From assembly GCA_020137815.1 (NCBI GenBank), contig CM035354.1:1736001-1800000 (forward strand): a DNA stretch of 64,000 nt, read 5' to 3'. The notes beneath the pieces are model-generated. The model ran no database searches, was not told the DNA's origin, and worked only from the letters and a program-made list of their open reading frames with translations. Of this stretch, positions 52,504-63,886 are shown piece after piece. This stretch comes from Hormiphora californensis. Taxonomy: Eukaryota; Animalia; Ctenophora. Each line of letters opens with the position of its first letter. The stretch's first letter is position 1. A program made the translations under genes and the position numbers.

Positions 52504-52900
52504 ACCTCTCCCTCCCTCCCCCTCTCTCACCTCTCACTGCACTCCCTCCTTCCCCCACAGTTCTCCTGCTACGAGGCTGAAGAAAGTAAGGTTCATGTTC
52601 TATGGGACAGGAAGTAAAGCAAGCTCACACTCTGTAGACCTTGACGAAGAGGATGACACCACTGGAGATGTGACTGTGAGTAGTTGGTTACCATGGTAAC
52701 CATGGAAGCCCCACTTTCACCAGTTACATTTCACAATGGTTACACCCCATTTCACCATGGTTACACCCCATTTCACCATGGTTACCTATTCTCAGGCTGA
52801 GGCTGAGGTGGAGCTACAGGAGGAAGATTCAGTGTTATACGGAGGGGACGCAACCAGGAGAACACCAACACCACCCACCCAGATAACGATAACAAGCTGA
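45964..52900 (+). CDS. Furin/kexin-family proprotein convertase, paralogue B (S8B + P domain, acidic tail, no TM)
   Basis: Exons: 45964-46122, 46375-46599, 47971-48061 (ILDDG), 48128-48245, 49133-49221 (HGTRCAGQ), 49413-49585 (SASWGP), 49837-50150 (ASGNG, GTSAATP), 50256-50386, 50513-50603, 50898-51152, 51301-51417, 52561-52675, 52796-52900. All are GT-AG with consistent phases. Confidence 0.93.
47040..47676. mobile_element. 637-bp palindromic Tc1/mariner-type MITE
   Basis: TA|CACGGTGTTCATTTTGG...CCAAAATGAACACCCTG|TA. It gives mirror-image spurious ORFs at 47044+ and 47672-. Confidence 0.9.
51424..52500. repeat. ~1.1-kb (TCTG)n microsatellite filling a convertase B intron
   Basis: The repeat starts immediately after the gtaagc donor at 51418. 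Confidence 0.97.
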
Positions 52901-53844
52901 GTCTCATCTGATAGATGGTTACCATGGTTACAGATACCTGGTATCTGAGCCATATAAATCATCTGATAGATCTATCAGCAGTTCAGTGCCAGGATTATGG
53001 CGGCACTACAATACAGTACGGTACAGTGGTGTTCCAATCCAGGGGCGGCCACAAACATAAAAAGACGATTTATAGCAGGGATATTATTATCTAATCATGA
53101 ATGAGATCTGATAATATATTGTATTTGGATTCTTTATCTACACAATATAGCTCCCATGGTTACCATGGTTACCAATACCATGGTAACCATGGTTACCAAT
53201 ACCATGGTTACCATGGTTACAGATGCCTTGGCCTACTACATATCATACATCATTCAGCTATATTTTCTAAGCTGCAGTTGTCTAAACTAAACTCCTCTAA
53301 CTTGTAAATACAGTAATTGTTCTAACCAACTAGACTTTCTTCCTATATTAGTAGATTTTAGCTGTATTTTAAAAGCTTTTTATCGCACTAATTTATTATC
53401 AAAATGTAAAATTTTACATGCCACTAAAAACTGTAATTAATTTGTCTAATTAAATAATAGGAACCACCACCAATACATGCCACTAAAACTACTGTAATTC
53501 TGTTAATTTGTCCAACAATATTCGGAACCACCAATCATTCAACTTCCACGGCGGCCGCAACACAGCTTCATGCGTAACACTACCATTGTTGAGTAACAAT
53601 AACACAGCTTCATGCGCCGGTGAAGAGTTATAATGCAGTCGGCGAACTAAGTCCAACCCCCCCCCCCTTACTCAATAAAGTCCAAACTAGTTTCATAACG
53701 GAGTGTGGAATAAATTAGAAAAGTGTAAAACATCAGAGAGCTGGTCTACAAAACAGACAATTGTTCACGTACTCTGCAGATCTGGTCCCAGGAATCCCGT
53801 ATTACTGCAGATCTTATCATTTGGTTCCAAGTAGAAGTTTTCCT

Positions 53845-54571
53845 TTATTCATCACCCGGTGTCTTTGGAAGGGCAAGGCCTACTTTGTTGGCAGCCTGTT
53901 CCGTTGACAGCTCTCCCTTGCCGTACTTTTCTATCAACTCCTGGGGAGGGAGATAGGTATTATAGAGGGGAAGCGCTGACAATTAGCACATGCATACAGC
54001 ATATTACCATACAGATACCAAAGATACCACTGGTCCGATTAATAATATACCTGTTGTACCCGAAGGTTTTTTAGCAGAGTTAGATAGTTGTTCGCATCAG
54101 CAAACCTCTTGTTCAGTTCATTCAGGTCTGTGCTATCAAGTTTAGATACCTCCTGAACCTCGTTATACACCCTTCGTGTGGTCTGAGGGAAGGGGGTCTG
54201 ATGAGGGGGAGGGGGTTGATGCTTAAACTCTGTGAGCTGAGGGAGGGGGGTGGAGGGTTGATACTAAGGGTGGTCTGAGGAAGGGGGTGGAGGGTTGATA
54301 CTAAGGGTGGTCTGAGGGAGGGGGGGGTTGATACTTATACTCTGTGGTCTGAGGGAGGGGGATGGAGGATTTTGCTGTGTGGTCTGGGGGGGGGGGGGGG
54401 CAGAAAGGAGGTTACCAAACATTTTATGGCGGGGGGGGGGGACATTCTATGTCTGTTTACCTCACTAAGTTTCCCGTTGTGGATGGCGTACAGCTCTGTA
54501 ACGAGCCCCTTGTAGGTCTGCTTCACTGCTCGGGAGGCGAGGACTGCTGAGTTGGCATAGGGAGAGAGCAT
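53845..54571 (-). CDS. FMC1: FMC1 homolog (mitochondrial ATP synthase assembly factor, C7orf55), 112 aa
   Basis: Exons 54571-54461, 54182-54051, 53940-53845. Reads ...TYKGLVTELY...DANNYLTLLKNLRVQQELIEKYGKGELSTEQAANKVGLALP, matching the FMC1 pattern (TFRGLLRELR...TYLCLL...GKGERSVEESAGLVGLKLP) as I recall it. Confidence 0.85.
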
Positions 54572-55246
54572 GATGCTATTAGAGAGGGGATTTGACTTGG
54601 TTAGTAGATGCGAGGACTGCTGAGTTAGCATAGGGAGAGAGCATAATGCTATTAGAGAGGGGATTTGACTTGGTTAGTAGATGCGAGGACTGCTGAGTTA
54701 GCATAGGGAGAGAGCATAATGCTATTAGAGAGGGGATGTGACTTGGTTAGTTGAGTAGATAAATAATGGGAGATATAATATAGATAACCCCGGTTAGTAG
54801 AGGGATGAAATCTGATATACCAGCCTATTAGGCTGGTATATCAATACGATATCCACGAGGAACGGAGTGACGAGGGGAATATCGTGTGATAATCCCCGTA
54901 GGGGATTATCAAATTTCATCACTTTACTAGCCGTGGTTATTTCTTATAAAACGACCCCGGGAATTATGAAAGGTGTGAAAACAGAGGGAGGGAATTATTT
55001 GATATACCACAGTAGACTGCGGGAAATATCAGCAGGGGGGGTGGTTTATAACTTGATACTATAGATGGAAACAACAGCATTCATTGTAAAGAGAGTTGCA
55101 CAAATTTGACACATCATTACATTGTTCACATGGACCACCAGCCACCACTACTACTCTACCGTGAAAATACAAAACATATTGAGTCGACCACTATCAATAA
55201 CTTAACGCACATGATCTCTACCACCACAGTGTGTCTCACATAGTGT

Positions 55247-58200
55247 CTACATAGACTCCCCAGTTCCCATCACGTTTCCATAGATGTTGGTTTTCTGTCC
55301 ATCCACGGGATCCCACACCTGCCAGAAGATCCTGTAGCTACGCAGCCAGAAGAGGGCCTTGTCCTCAAACTGGGTTGGGGTTATACCAACATCCTCTAAT
55401 CCAGGCAGACCCAGGGCAACGTTATCACTTATCATTTGGTGCTGTTGACAGAGGGTATTTGTGTAGTCATTCGAAATGTATGGTGATCTAGGAACTATGA
55501 CACCCAGATGGAGTCAATAATTCTGGATTCACATCATCATACCCCAATTAAGTCACTAGTTCATACCCGAATGTAAGGTTCAGATCGGAGGAGGTATTTG
55601 TTCCAAAGGAAGTTGTACCTTCCTACAACGGGCCTGTATTGTCGGAATGTGATATCCGTAATAGATGTCATCAACTCCTGAAGGGGGATGAAAGTGATAT
55701 TTGAGGGATATTTAGGTAATATATGCGGATTGGTTAAAGAGAGGTCTTTAGGGGATCTTTATAAAGAGACTGGTTATGATCGATATAATAGTATTGGAGA
55801 CAAATTTAGAGCTGGCTTTACTGACAAATTGTTATTTCTTCGTTTCGGGGGGTGCGACATGTTAATTTTGTTAACTTTGTTAATATTAACATCGAGAAAA
55901 CAGGTGATTTATTAACAAAATTAACAAAAAGTTAACAAACGTTAACAAATGCCATTTATGTGATCTAAATCCCCTTTAGCACGTGTTTTTGGTATTTAAC
56001 ACTTGTTCTGCAAGCAAAGTTTTTCCTTCTGCACGATTTGCATACCCCTACTACCTCTACTACGGCTTTTCTACAGCGATTTGTTCCATTGTGTAAATTT
56101 TGATAAAAACTAGCCAAACTAAACCGCAATTGAAGTCAGATGATCCTAATCCACATTTTCCAACCCTAAAAACTAAATAATTCTCATGAATTTACCTTAA
56201 AACGAAAAATATCCCTAAAATCAATTTTTCTAAAAAAACACAAGGATTTGTAGCGAAGCAAATTTTCAATCTTTGACCAAAAAATTGATTTTGGAAAAAT
56301 TTTATTTCTTTTTCCAACAGAAACGTTGTACATCATCTTTTTAAGTCCAAAGAATCGATTATCAATCAAAAAATTACGTTAAAGTGAGAGAGAACAGCCC
56401 CGATTTTGATGAAACTTGGTCAGAATAGTGTTTGGTGTCTAATTAGAAGTCAAAAAAATTTTTAGTGCTCAAATCCTAAATTTAAGATTTTTAGGTTTTT
56501 AAGGTTTTTCGGCTTTTATGGGTTTCAGGAACGTTCTAGAACAAAATGAATAAAACCATCTTTCTCGGCATTAAATTCTGCATCGATTATAGTGGTTATA
56601 AACCTTTCTATGACGTAAGGTTCAGAAGTTATCGCGAAAAAGCCCAAACGGGTACATGTGTTAGGGGCGGGTTCATGTTTTAGGCTAACCGGCGAACCTC
56701 TAGTCAGAACACCATGTTATAGGGTGTCAATCGACGCGTATTGATAAGGAGATCATTTTAGTGAAAATTATTTTGATCTGCGATGTCTGTGTAACGAATG
56801 AAACCTAAAAAACCTTACTGAATGAAGCATACCCGTTTGGTTAAAACATGTGGTGAGGTTTTTTAGGTTTCATTCGTTACACAGACATTGCAGATCAAAA
56901 TAATTTTCACTAAAATGATCTCCTTATCAATACGCGTCGATTGACACCCTATAACATGGTGTTCTGACTAGAGGTTCGCCGGTTAGCCTAAAACATGAAC
57001 CCGCCCCTAACACATGTACCCGTTTGGGCTTTTTCGCGATAACTTCTGAACCTTACGTCATAGAAAGGTTTATAACCACTATAATCGATGCAGAATTTAA
57101 TGCCGAGAAAGATGGTTTTATTCATTTTGTTCTAGAACGTTCCTGAAACCCATAAAAGCCGAAAAACCTTAAAAACCTAAAAATCTTAAATTTAGGATTT
57201 GAGCACTAAAAATTTTTTTGACTTCTAATTAGACACCAAACACTATTCTGACCAAGTTTCATCAAAATCGGGGCTGTTCTCTCTCACTTTAAAGTTAGAT
57301 TTTATACGCTAAATTGAAATATTTGTAACTTTTGGATTTTTATCGATTTTGAGCCAAAACCCTGTATGGCGGACTTTGGTTATCGGGGGAGCCCTTGTTT
57401 GGGTATAAATGTGTTAGAGAAGTCGTTAAACTATAAAATTAAACCAGTTAAAATCGTATTATCAACCAATAAGAACAGTCTTTTAGCATTTGTTAATTTT
57501 GTTAATTTTGTTAATTAACGTTAATTAACAAAATCGGAAAAAAGAGGTGATTTATTAACAATTAACATGTCGCCCCCCCCTTCGTTTCCTAAGAATGTAT
57601 TGAGATCTTCTCTCTCAACTCAGTCCTTACGTGTAGTGAGTATGTACGGGGTCCTACAAATTGGTAAAGTCGCTCTCTCTCAGAGTCATTCATGCTGATG
57701 ATGTTAGTAATTCCCCTGAACACGTCAGGTCCATAGACGGGGGTCTTGAAGGTGTCCAGACCCTTCTTGTATAGTGGAGTTCGACCTGTTATAATATGGG
57801 TTGTCATGTTATCTCCAGCAGTGCAGGAAAACTATTATATATCAGGGAAACAAACAGCTACCAAACACCCAGCTGGGACATCCCCCACCCCGGCCCTTTC
57901 CAGATCTCACACCTTACCTTTCTCGAAGAGTTTTGCGACAGAGTTGATTCTGGCGAGATAGTGAGTGAACCTGTCCCTAGCGTGGTAACAGTCAGAGGCA
58001 CGGATTATAATAGCTGCATCAGGCAACTCGTGCAGAACAACCTGGCATGGGGAATGTAAAACAGTGCCGCGTGTTATAGTGGAGAAGCAGTTGCAGAACA
58101 ACGTGGGAGTAGTAATGGGGTTTCATTCACATAATGAGAGAGACGGAGAGACGGTATCACTTTTTGTCACCGTTTAACGTCAACAAGAGAGTGTTTCAAA

Positions 58201-58929
58201 ATATATCGACTATTTGTTTACCTCTTCCGAGAGGGCTTTAGTCTTGAGGAATTGAGAGGGGGAGTCAATGTCAGCATTAATGTGGGACATGTGTATAAAA
58301 CAAGGGACATCCATTTTCTTGCACGCACGTGCAATCTTGTGGGTCAGAGTTACATTAGCGTCCACCCAACTCTGGTGTAGTTTGATCCTGTCCGTTCCTG
58401 GGGGGAGCAGTGGTGGGTTTAAATATAGATCTGCTATATAATGGGGTTATACCTGATGATTGTAATAACACCAATTGATAGAAACACCGGCCCCTCTCTG
58501 CATCTGTTGAGACACCCCTCTATTAAACTAACCGGTAAGGTTACACTAATGTTACACTAAGGTTACACTATGGTTACACTAACCGGTAAGGTTGACGACA
58601 ACATCAGAATATTTGACACACTCCATGAGCTGCTCCTCGTCATTAAAGTCCGGTGTGTACACCTGGTGCTGCTGACCCAAATCACTGGACACCTTCAGAT
58701 ACTGAGCAGTAACCGGGTCACACCGGTGGGGGATTATCATCTGGGTACCTAGTTGACCCAGGTTGTTCACCAGGTACCGACCCATCTTGCCCGTAGCCCC
58801 GAAGATAGTGACAGTCTTGGCATTGGTAGAGGAGCGCCCACCCCGTCCAGATTTAATGGTCAGGGGGGAGGAAGAGAGAGCCCTCACCGCCCCCAACACT
58901 TTGGTTAACTTGGTTCCTTGCTGGAGCAT
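55247..58929 (-). CDS. NDUFA9: NADH dehydrogenase 1 alpha subcomplex subunit 9 (39-kDa SDR-fold subunit)
   Basis: Exons 58929-58584, 58397-58222, 58041-57918, 57785-57631, 55677-55567, ~55441-55247. Motifs GRGGRSS, TIFGATGKMGRYLVN.LG, VKYSDVVVNL, YQFVGP, LPGLEDVGITPT. Confidence 0.93.
55847..57580. mobile_element. Non-autonomous DNA transposon, G-run termini, 8(-9)-bp TSD, in an NDUFA9 intron
   Basis: GGGGGGTGCGACATGTTAA...TTAACATGTCGCCCCCCCC. TSD TTCGTTTC at 55839-55846 and 57581-57588. Subterminal TTAACAAA repeats. Confidence 0.88.
56383..57288. mobile_element. 906-bp palindromic MITE with TTAA TSD (Kolobok-like), nested in 55847-57580
   Basis: TTAA|AGTGAGAGAGAACAGCCCCG...CGGGGCTGTTCTCTCTCACT|TTAA. 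A purine-purine terminus with TTAA fits Kolobok better than piggyBac (CCY). Confidence 0.85.
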
Positions 58930-59202
58930 CTTTAGTACATGCTATACAATATGGAGCGGGGTTAGAGTGGTATATTGGGAGGGGTGGAGTTAGAGTGGTA
59001 TATCGGGATGAGAGGAGAGTTAGAGCTATATCGGGGGATGAGAGTTAGATCGAGTGGTATTCAGAGATCTGACACGTAACATTTAATGAATGTTATCTCT
59101 TGGACCATCGGAGGATAAAATGTAACAATAAATAAGAGATAGTCAAAATAAAAACAGCTCTGTGTGTGTCTCCCTCTCTCCCTCTCTCTCTGAGAAGTTT
59201 CT

Positions 59203-62200
59203 TCATTTCAGTTCCCCCATGAATATCGACTTATCGCTGGAGCAAGTCATTAGTATGGGCTGGTTTGGGTGACAATCAACATCATTCACAGAGCCGCTGT
59301 GTCCGGGTAACTTGTAGAGGAGTTTCCTTGATGCAGTGTCCCACACATATACCATTCTATCAGCTGAACCACATACCACCTGGGAGGGAGGGGGTATTAG
59401 GGATCTGGAGGGAGGGTGTCAAGGGAGGGGTGGAGATATAGCGGGGGTGGTTGGTTATCTTGTAACTTGTTTATATCTCTCTGAATGCCCAGGGTGGGGG
59501 TGTAATAAGGTACCAGAGCCCCACGATTAGGAAATTTTACTGTACCAGCTAATTCCTTCACCAATGTGTCCCCAAGGGTCCCTACTAACACCACAGAAAA
59601 CCCTAAAATCCGGTAAGAGGTGCATCACCTTCATTTCCGGGTGGGCGTGGTACCTGTATTTTCAGCCTGAGGCCAAAACCATAAGTACCCTTAAAATGGG
59701 AGTAGAGATAAAATCGAGGGCACTAAAGTGTTCAGCGCCCTCGCATTAGTGGGGGTAGGTGCTGGAATTAAGTCTCTATCTCATCTGGTTAATTAGATAA
59801 TTGGATAATTAGGTATGCGCATAACCGTTTTTTGGCTATATGGCTATAGCCACTTAGGAATGGTTTAGAGACTTTTCACTGGTGCCATTTTGTTCAGAAG
59901 AAAATTCTAGAGAGAAGTTGTGGAAAAATTTAGGGCCTATCTCTTACAGTTTTGCCGTTATTTACGGTAAAAGAATGCCAAATTAGTCGAAAAAGCCAAA
60001 AATCGAGTTAATTGGCATTCGTTTACCGCAAATAACGGCAAAACGGTAAGAGATAGGCCCTAAATTTTTCCACAACTTCCCTCTAAAATTTTCTTCTGAA
60101 CAAAATGGCACCAGTGAAAAGTCTCTAAACCATTCCTAAGTGGCTATAGCCATATAGCCAAAAAACGGTTATGCGCATACCTAATTATCCAATTATCTAA
60201 TTAACCAGATGAGATAGAGACTTAATTCCGGCACCTACCCCCACTAATGCGAGGGCGCTGATCACTTTAGTGCCCTCGATTTTATCTCTACTCCCATTTT
60301 AAGGGTACTTAGGTTTTTGGCCTCAGGCTGAAAATACAGGTACCACGCCCACCCGGAAATGAAGGTGATGCACCTCTTACCGGATTTTAGGGTTTTCTGT
60401 GGTGTTAGTAGGGACCCTTGGGGACACATTGGTGAAGGAATTAGCTGGTACAGTAAAATTTCCTGTTCAGGGCATAAACTGGGGTTCTGGTCCCTTACTA
60501 GTGCTGGGTTATAGCGCGAGTGAGGAAGGAAAAGAGACAACACTGACCCCCCCCCCCCATGATATTACCTTTGTTCCTTGGGGTGACCAGCAACATCTTA
60601 TCAAGTTTTTCTCGAAGTTGTGCTGTGCCCCCACGAACACCTTCACGCATCTGTTGGTGGGTGCAAAGGGTCTCACATCCCACATTCTTAGTGTGTTGTC
60701 CATAGAGTTAGAAAGCACATAGTTTCCATCAGGAGATAGCGCTAGAGATGTGACCGTGTCTACATGCCCTTTCATTAAGGTAGATGCCTGGATAGGGAGG
60801 GTGTGTAAAGTGGTTGTCTCCTACAACATTGGTTCCTTGTCAGCGCTATGTTGCAGAAAACAGTTCTCTGCGTTTTGGAAACGCGCGCGCGGGATATTTA
60901 GAATGTTGATATGTTGAGAGAACGTCCCCGCGCCTTCCAACCTCTTTGTGCTTCAGATCCCATATTTTCACTGTGTTGTCGATTCCTCCTGACACAACGC
61001 TGTCTCCCTTCTCGTTGAAACACACGGCGGTGACCTGAAATTACATACACATCGAGGACAGGTTTGGGACACATTCAGGAATGTTTGTACACCAATCAAG
61101 GACACATACCCCCTCCCAATTTACCTGGTACTGATTGTTTAGAGTGGTAACACAATGTCGCCTCCTGGAATCCCACAACTTGATAGTTCCATCGTCACTT
61201 GCACTACATACCATAGCTGGGTCACCAGCCACATCACACGAATTTACAAAGGATTGATGACTCTTAAACTGACGAACACGAACACCTAGAATTAGAGAGT
61301 AGAACAGTTTATTTGGCAGTCCCACTGTGTAAGTAATGGTGCTCATTGTTTTAGATCTCATTAATAGATATGATTTAACCTGTTTAAACAGTGGTTGGCA
61401 GTTACTGTATGAAGAATGAAGATACATGGTGTATCTCTGTGGGGGGAACTTAGAAATGAGTTCTTCGTGCCAGCTGGACCCTGTTCTGTACTATGTTGTG
61501 GTATGTAGGTCTACATGTATGTCTGTCTTATGGTCCAGTCCCACTGCCGCGGGCCTTACTGGCTGATGGTCCAAAGATTGCGGTCAAATCACAACTAGTC
61601 TCTCGTAAGATAAGAGACATCTCCTGAGCATGACAGTAAACTGCTCACTCTAATTTGGGTTGGTGTACACCAGTACCCCAGTTAGTAGTGCACTGGGCCC
61701 AAGTACCTTGGCTCGATACCAACCCCCCCCCTCTGCCCGAAGCTAACGCTAAGGATCCGCCCAGAAATGGGATGACGCCCTGCAAAGGGATGGAGCCCAA
61801 ATACGGGATGGAGCCCAGAAACGGGATGGTACCCTGTAATAGGGATGGTGCCCAAAATGGGATGACTGAAAAATAAATGACGTTAATGTTTACGAGAAAA
61901 TCAGGTGAAGCGGTTGTGTCCAAAGAGAGTTTTTATGAGATGTTTAACTGTACGTGGTAATTATGTGGAAATTATGTGAAACCGATGTATCCAAATTTTC
62001 ACTTTCTTTTTACACCTCCTGTCAACTTCTTCCCTCCCACTCCCCCAACCCAGTAGTTACAGTTTACCACCCCCCCCAGTGGAGCCTGATTGCACAACGT
62101 TCAAACAAAAAACTTTTTACACCTCCTGTCAACTTCTTCCCTCCCACTCCCCCAACCCAGTAGTTACAGTTTACCACCCCCCCCCCCCCCAGTGGAGCCT

Positions 62201-63886
62201 GACTGCACAACGTTCAAACAAAAAACGTAAGAACAGAATAGCCGTTAAAAATTTCAACGGCAATTTTAAAGTAAAAAGTAAATTTGTTATACGGGATTTG
62301 AACCTTGGACCTCACGTCTCAAAGTTAGGCGCTCTAACCACTCGGCCATTACGGAGATAGATTTCTAAAATTCTTAGGGGACTTATACCCGATCTGTGTC
62401 ACTAAAACGCAGTGGACCCATAAAAAACAAATAACTTTGCCGTCAGTATGTATCGACAGAGTTAAGATGTTAAGTCGAGAAACACTGGATACCCTCCAAA
62501 AACCCCCCTACTAAAGGTTAAAACAACGTAAGACACGCTAACACCCTCCCCCATCCCCTAGCTATCTCTAGGATCACCATCCGAAAATGGCAGTCAAATC
62601 GAAACGCTATCAACGCGTTACAGAAGGGGACACAGACCCGACACTATCACTTCTGCTGTCTCTGATAATACTTGCTACCGTGTACACAAGCATGGAAGAA
62701 GCGACAACGCAAACCCCATTTCCGACCCTCCAAGACAAAGGAGTGCAGACCCACGAATCGGGACAGACTATCAACACACACGGTAAGAACATACCCCCCT
62801 GTCTAACATACATCAGTCAACTAACTAAAACCCCCTACCTCGTCCCCAAACATATAAGTAAACATGTTAAGAAATAACATTAAATCTTGGTCATAAATAG
62901 GGTGCACATCTGTAAGGCGCGAAGCCCCAGCCCAAACGAAAGTCCATACTCCCTGAGCGCGGATAGGCACGCGCGATAGGATTACATAGAATCTTCCAAG
63001 AACAAAGCAGTGACGTAATAATTCTAGAAAGTTACCCCTGAAGAGGGAGAGCAATCCTAATATTAGGTACCACTTCTGTTTTTACTGCATTCTTGTGTGT
63101 GTTCTGCTTTCACAATGCTCGGTTAGTATACAAAGACCTAGACTAGACATAGAAAATAAACTCTAACAAAGTAACACCCTCAGTTAACTCCATTGCTAGC
63201 AATATTCCTCTAAATCTTCCCTGACCAGACCTTACCTCCACAGGTACCCAAACCCCTACCCAAAGGGCGGTGATCTCTAAGGATTATGACGACGAGACTC
63301 TAATCTACCACCAAGCTTGAAAATAAAAATACCGGGGCGCCCCCCCTCACTCCTCACCTTGTCATGGGGTAGCCCCGGTCCTCACCCATCTCACAACAAA
63401 CCCACCGAGACGCCTCACGGCAACTCGACATCCCGGTGGTAACCAAGTTCTTCAGTCCATTCATTCACGTGCACTTGTAACCCCCAGCGGTGGCTAATCC
63501 CAAACCCGGGAAGCCTTCCATGGTCAACCGTGGGCCCCTAACAAAGGCCCCAAAATGCACCAACCGCTTTCAACAACAACAACAACAACAACATGGTGTA
63601 TCTAAATAACCTGCCCTCACTGAGACCCCCCACCCTCACTGAGCCCCCCCCCCCCCCCCCCCCCCCCCCGGTCAAGACATACCGAACCCTCACAATGTGA
63701 TCTACACAATATAACCTACCAGCCTCTAGATTATAACAATCCTGAACCTACCAGCCTCTAGATTATAATATAATAATAACCTACCAGCCTCTAGATCCCA
63801 GAGAGCGAGAGATTTATCAGTTGAGGCAGATACCAAGTGAGTACCATCATTGGTAAAACTTATCTGAGTTATCGCTCCTTTGTGAC
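59203..63886 (-). CDS. SNRNP40: U5 snRNP 40-kDa WD40 protein; 5' exons lie beyond the window
   Basis: Exons 63886-63785 (GHKGAITQ...SASTDKSLALWD), 61285-61125, 61034-60942, 60787-60569 (LSNSMDNTLRMWDVRPFAP..RCVK...HNFEKNLIRCCWSP), 59379-59203 (GSADR.VYVWD..SRKLLYKLPGH.GSVN...MGELK*). Confidence 0.93.
59505..60498. mobile_element. ~1-kb foldback MITE in the last SNRNP40 intron
   Basis: Near-perfect IR 59529-60464 with imperfect outer termini (ataaggtaccagagcccca / tggggttctggtcccttac), flanked by TA. Confidence 0.85.
62287..62358 (-). other. tRNA-derived sequence (SINE head or tRNA pseudogene)
   Basis: Minus strand has an A box TGGCCGAGTGG and a B box GGTTCAAATCC at tRNA spacing. The acceptor and anticodon stems pair poorly. 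Confidence 0.6.

Noticed and set aside
51381-52699. 300-400 aa ORFs of SVCL repeats
   Set aside because: Translation of a (TCTG)n microsatellite inside an intron.
62287-62358. Functional tRNA (possible TTG anticodon)
   Set aside because: The stems do not pair well. Only the A and B boxes are convincing.
63240-63593. Retroelement 3' end with (CAA)n tail
   Set aside because: No recognisable coding remnant or TSD.
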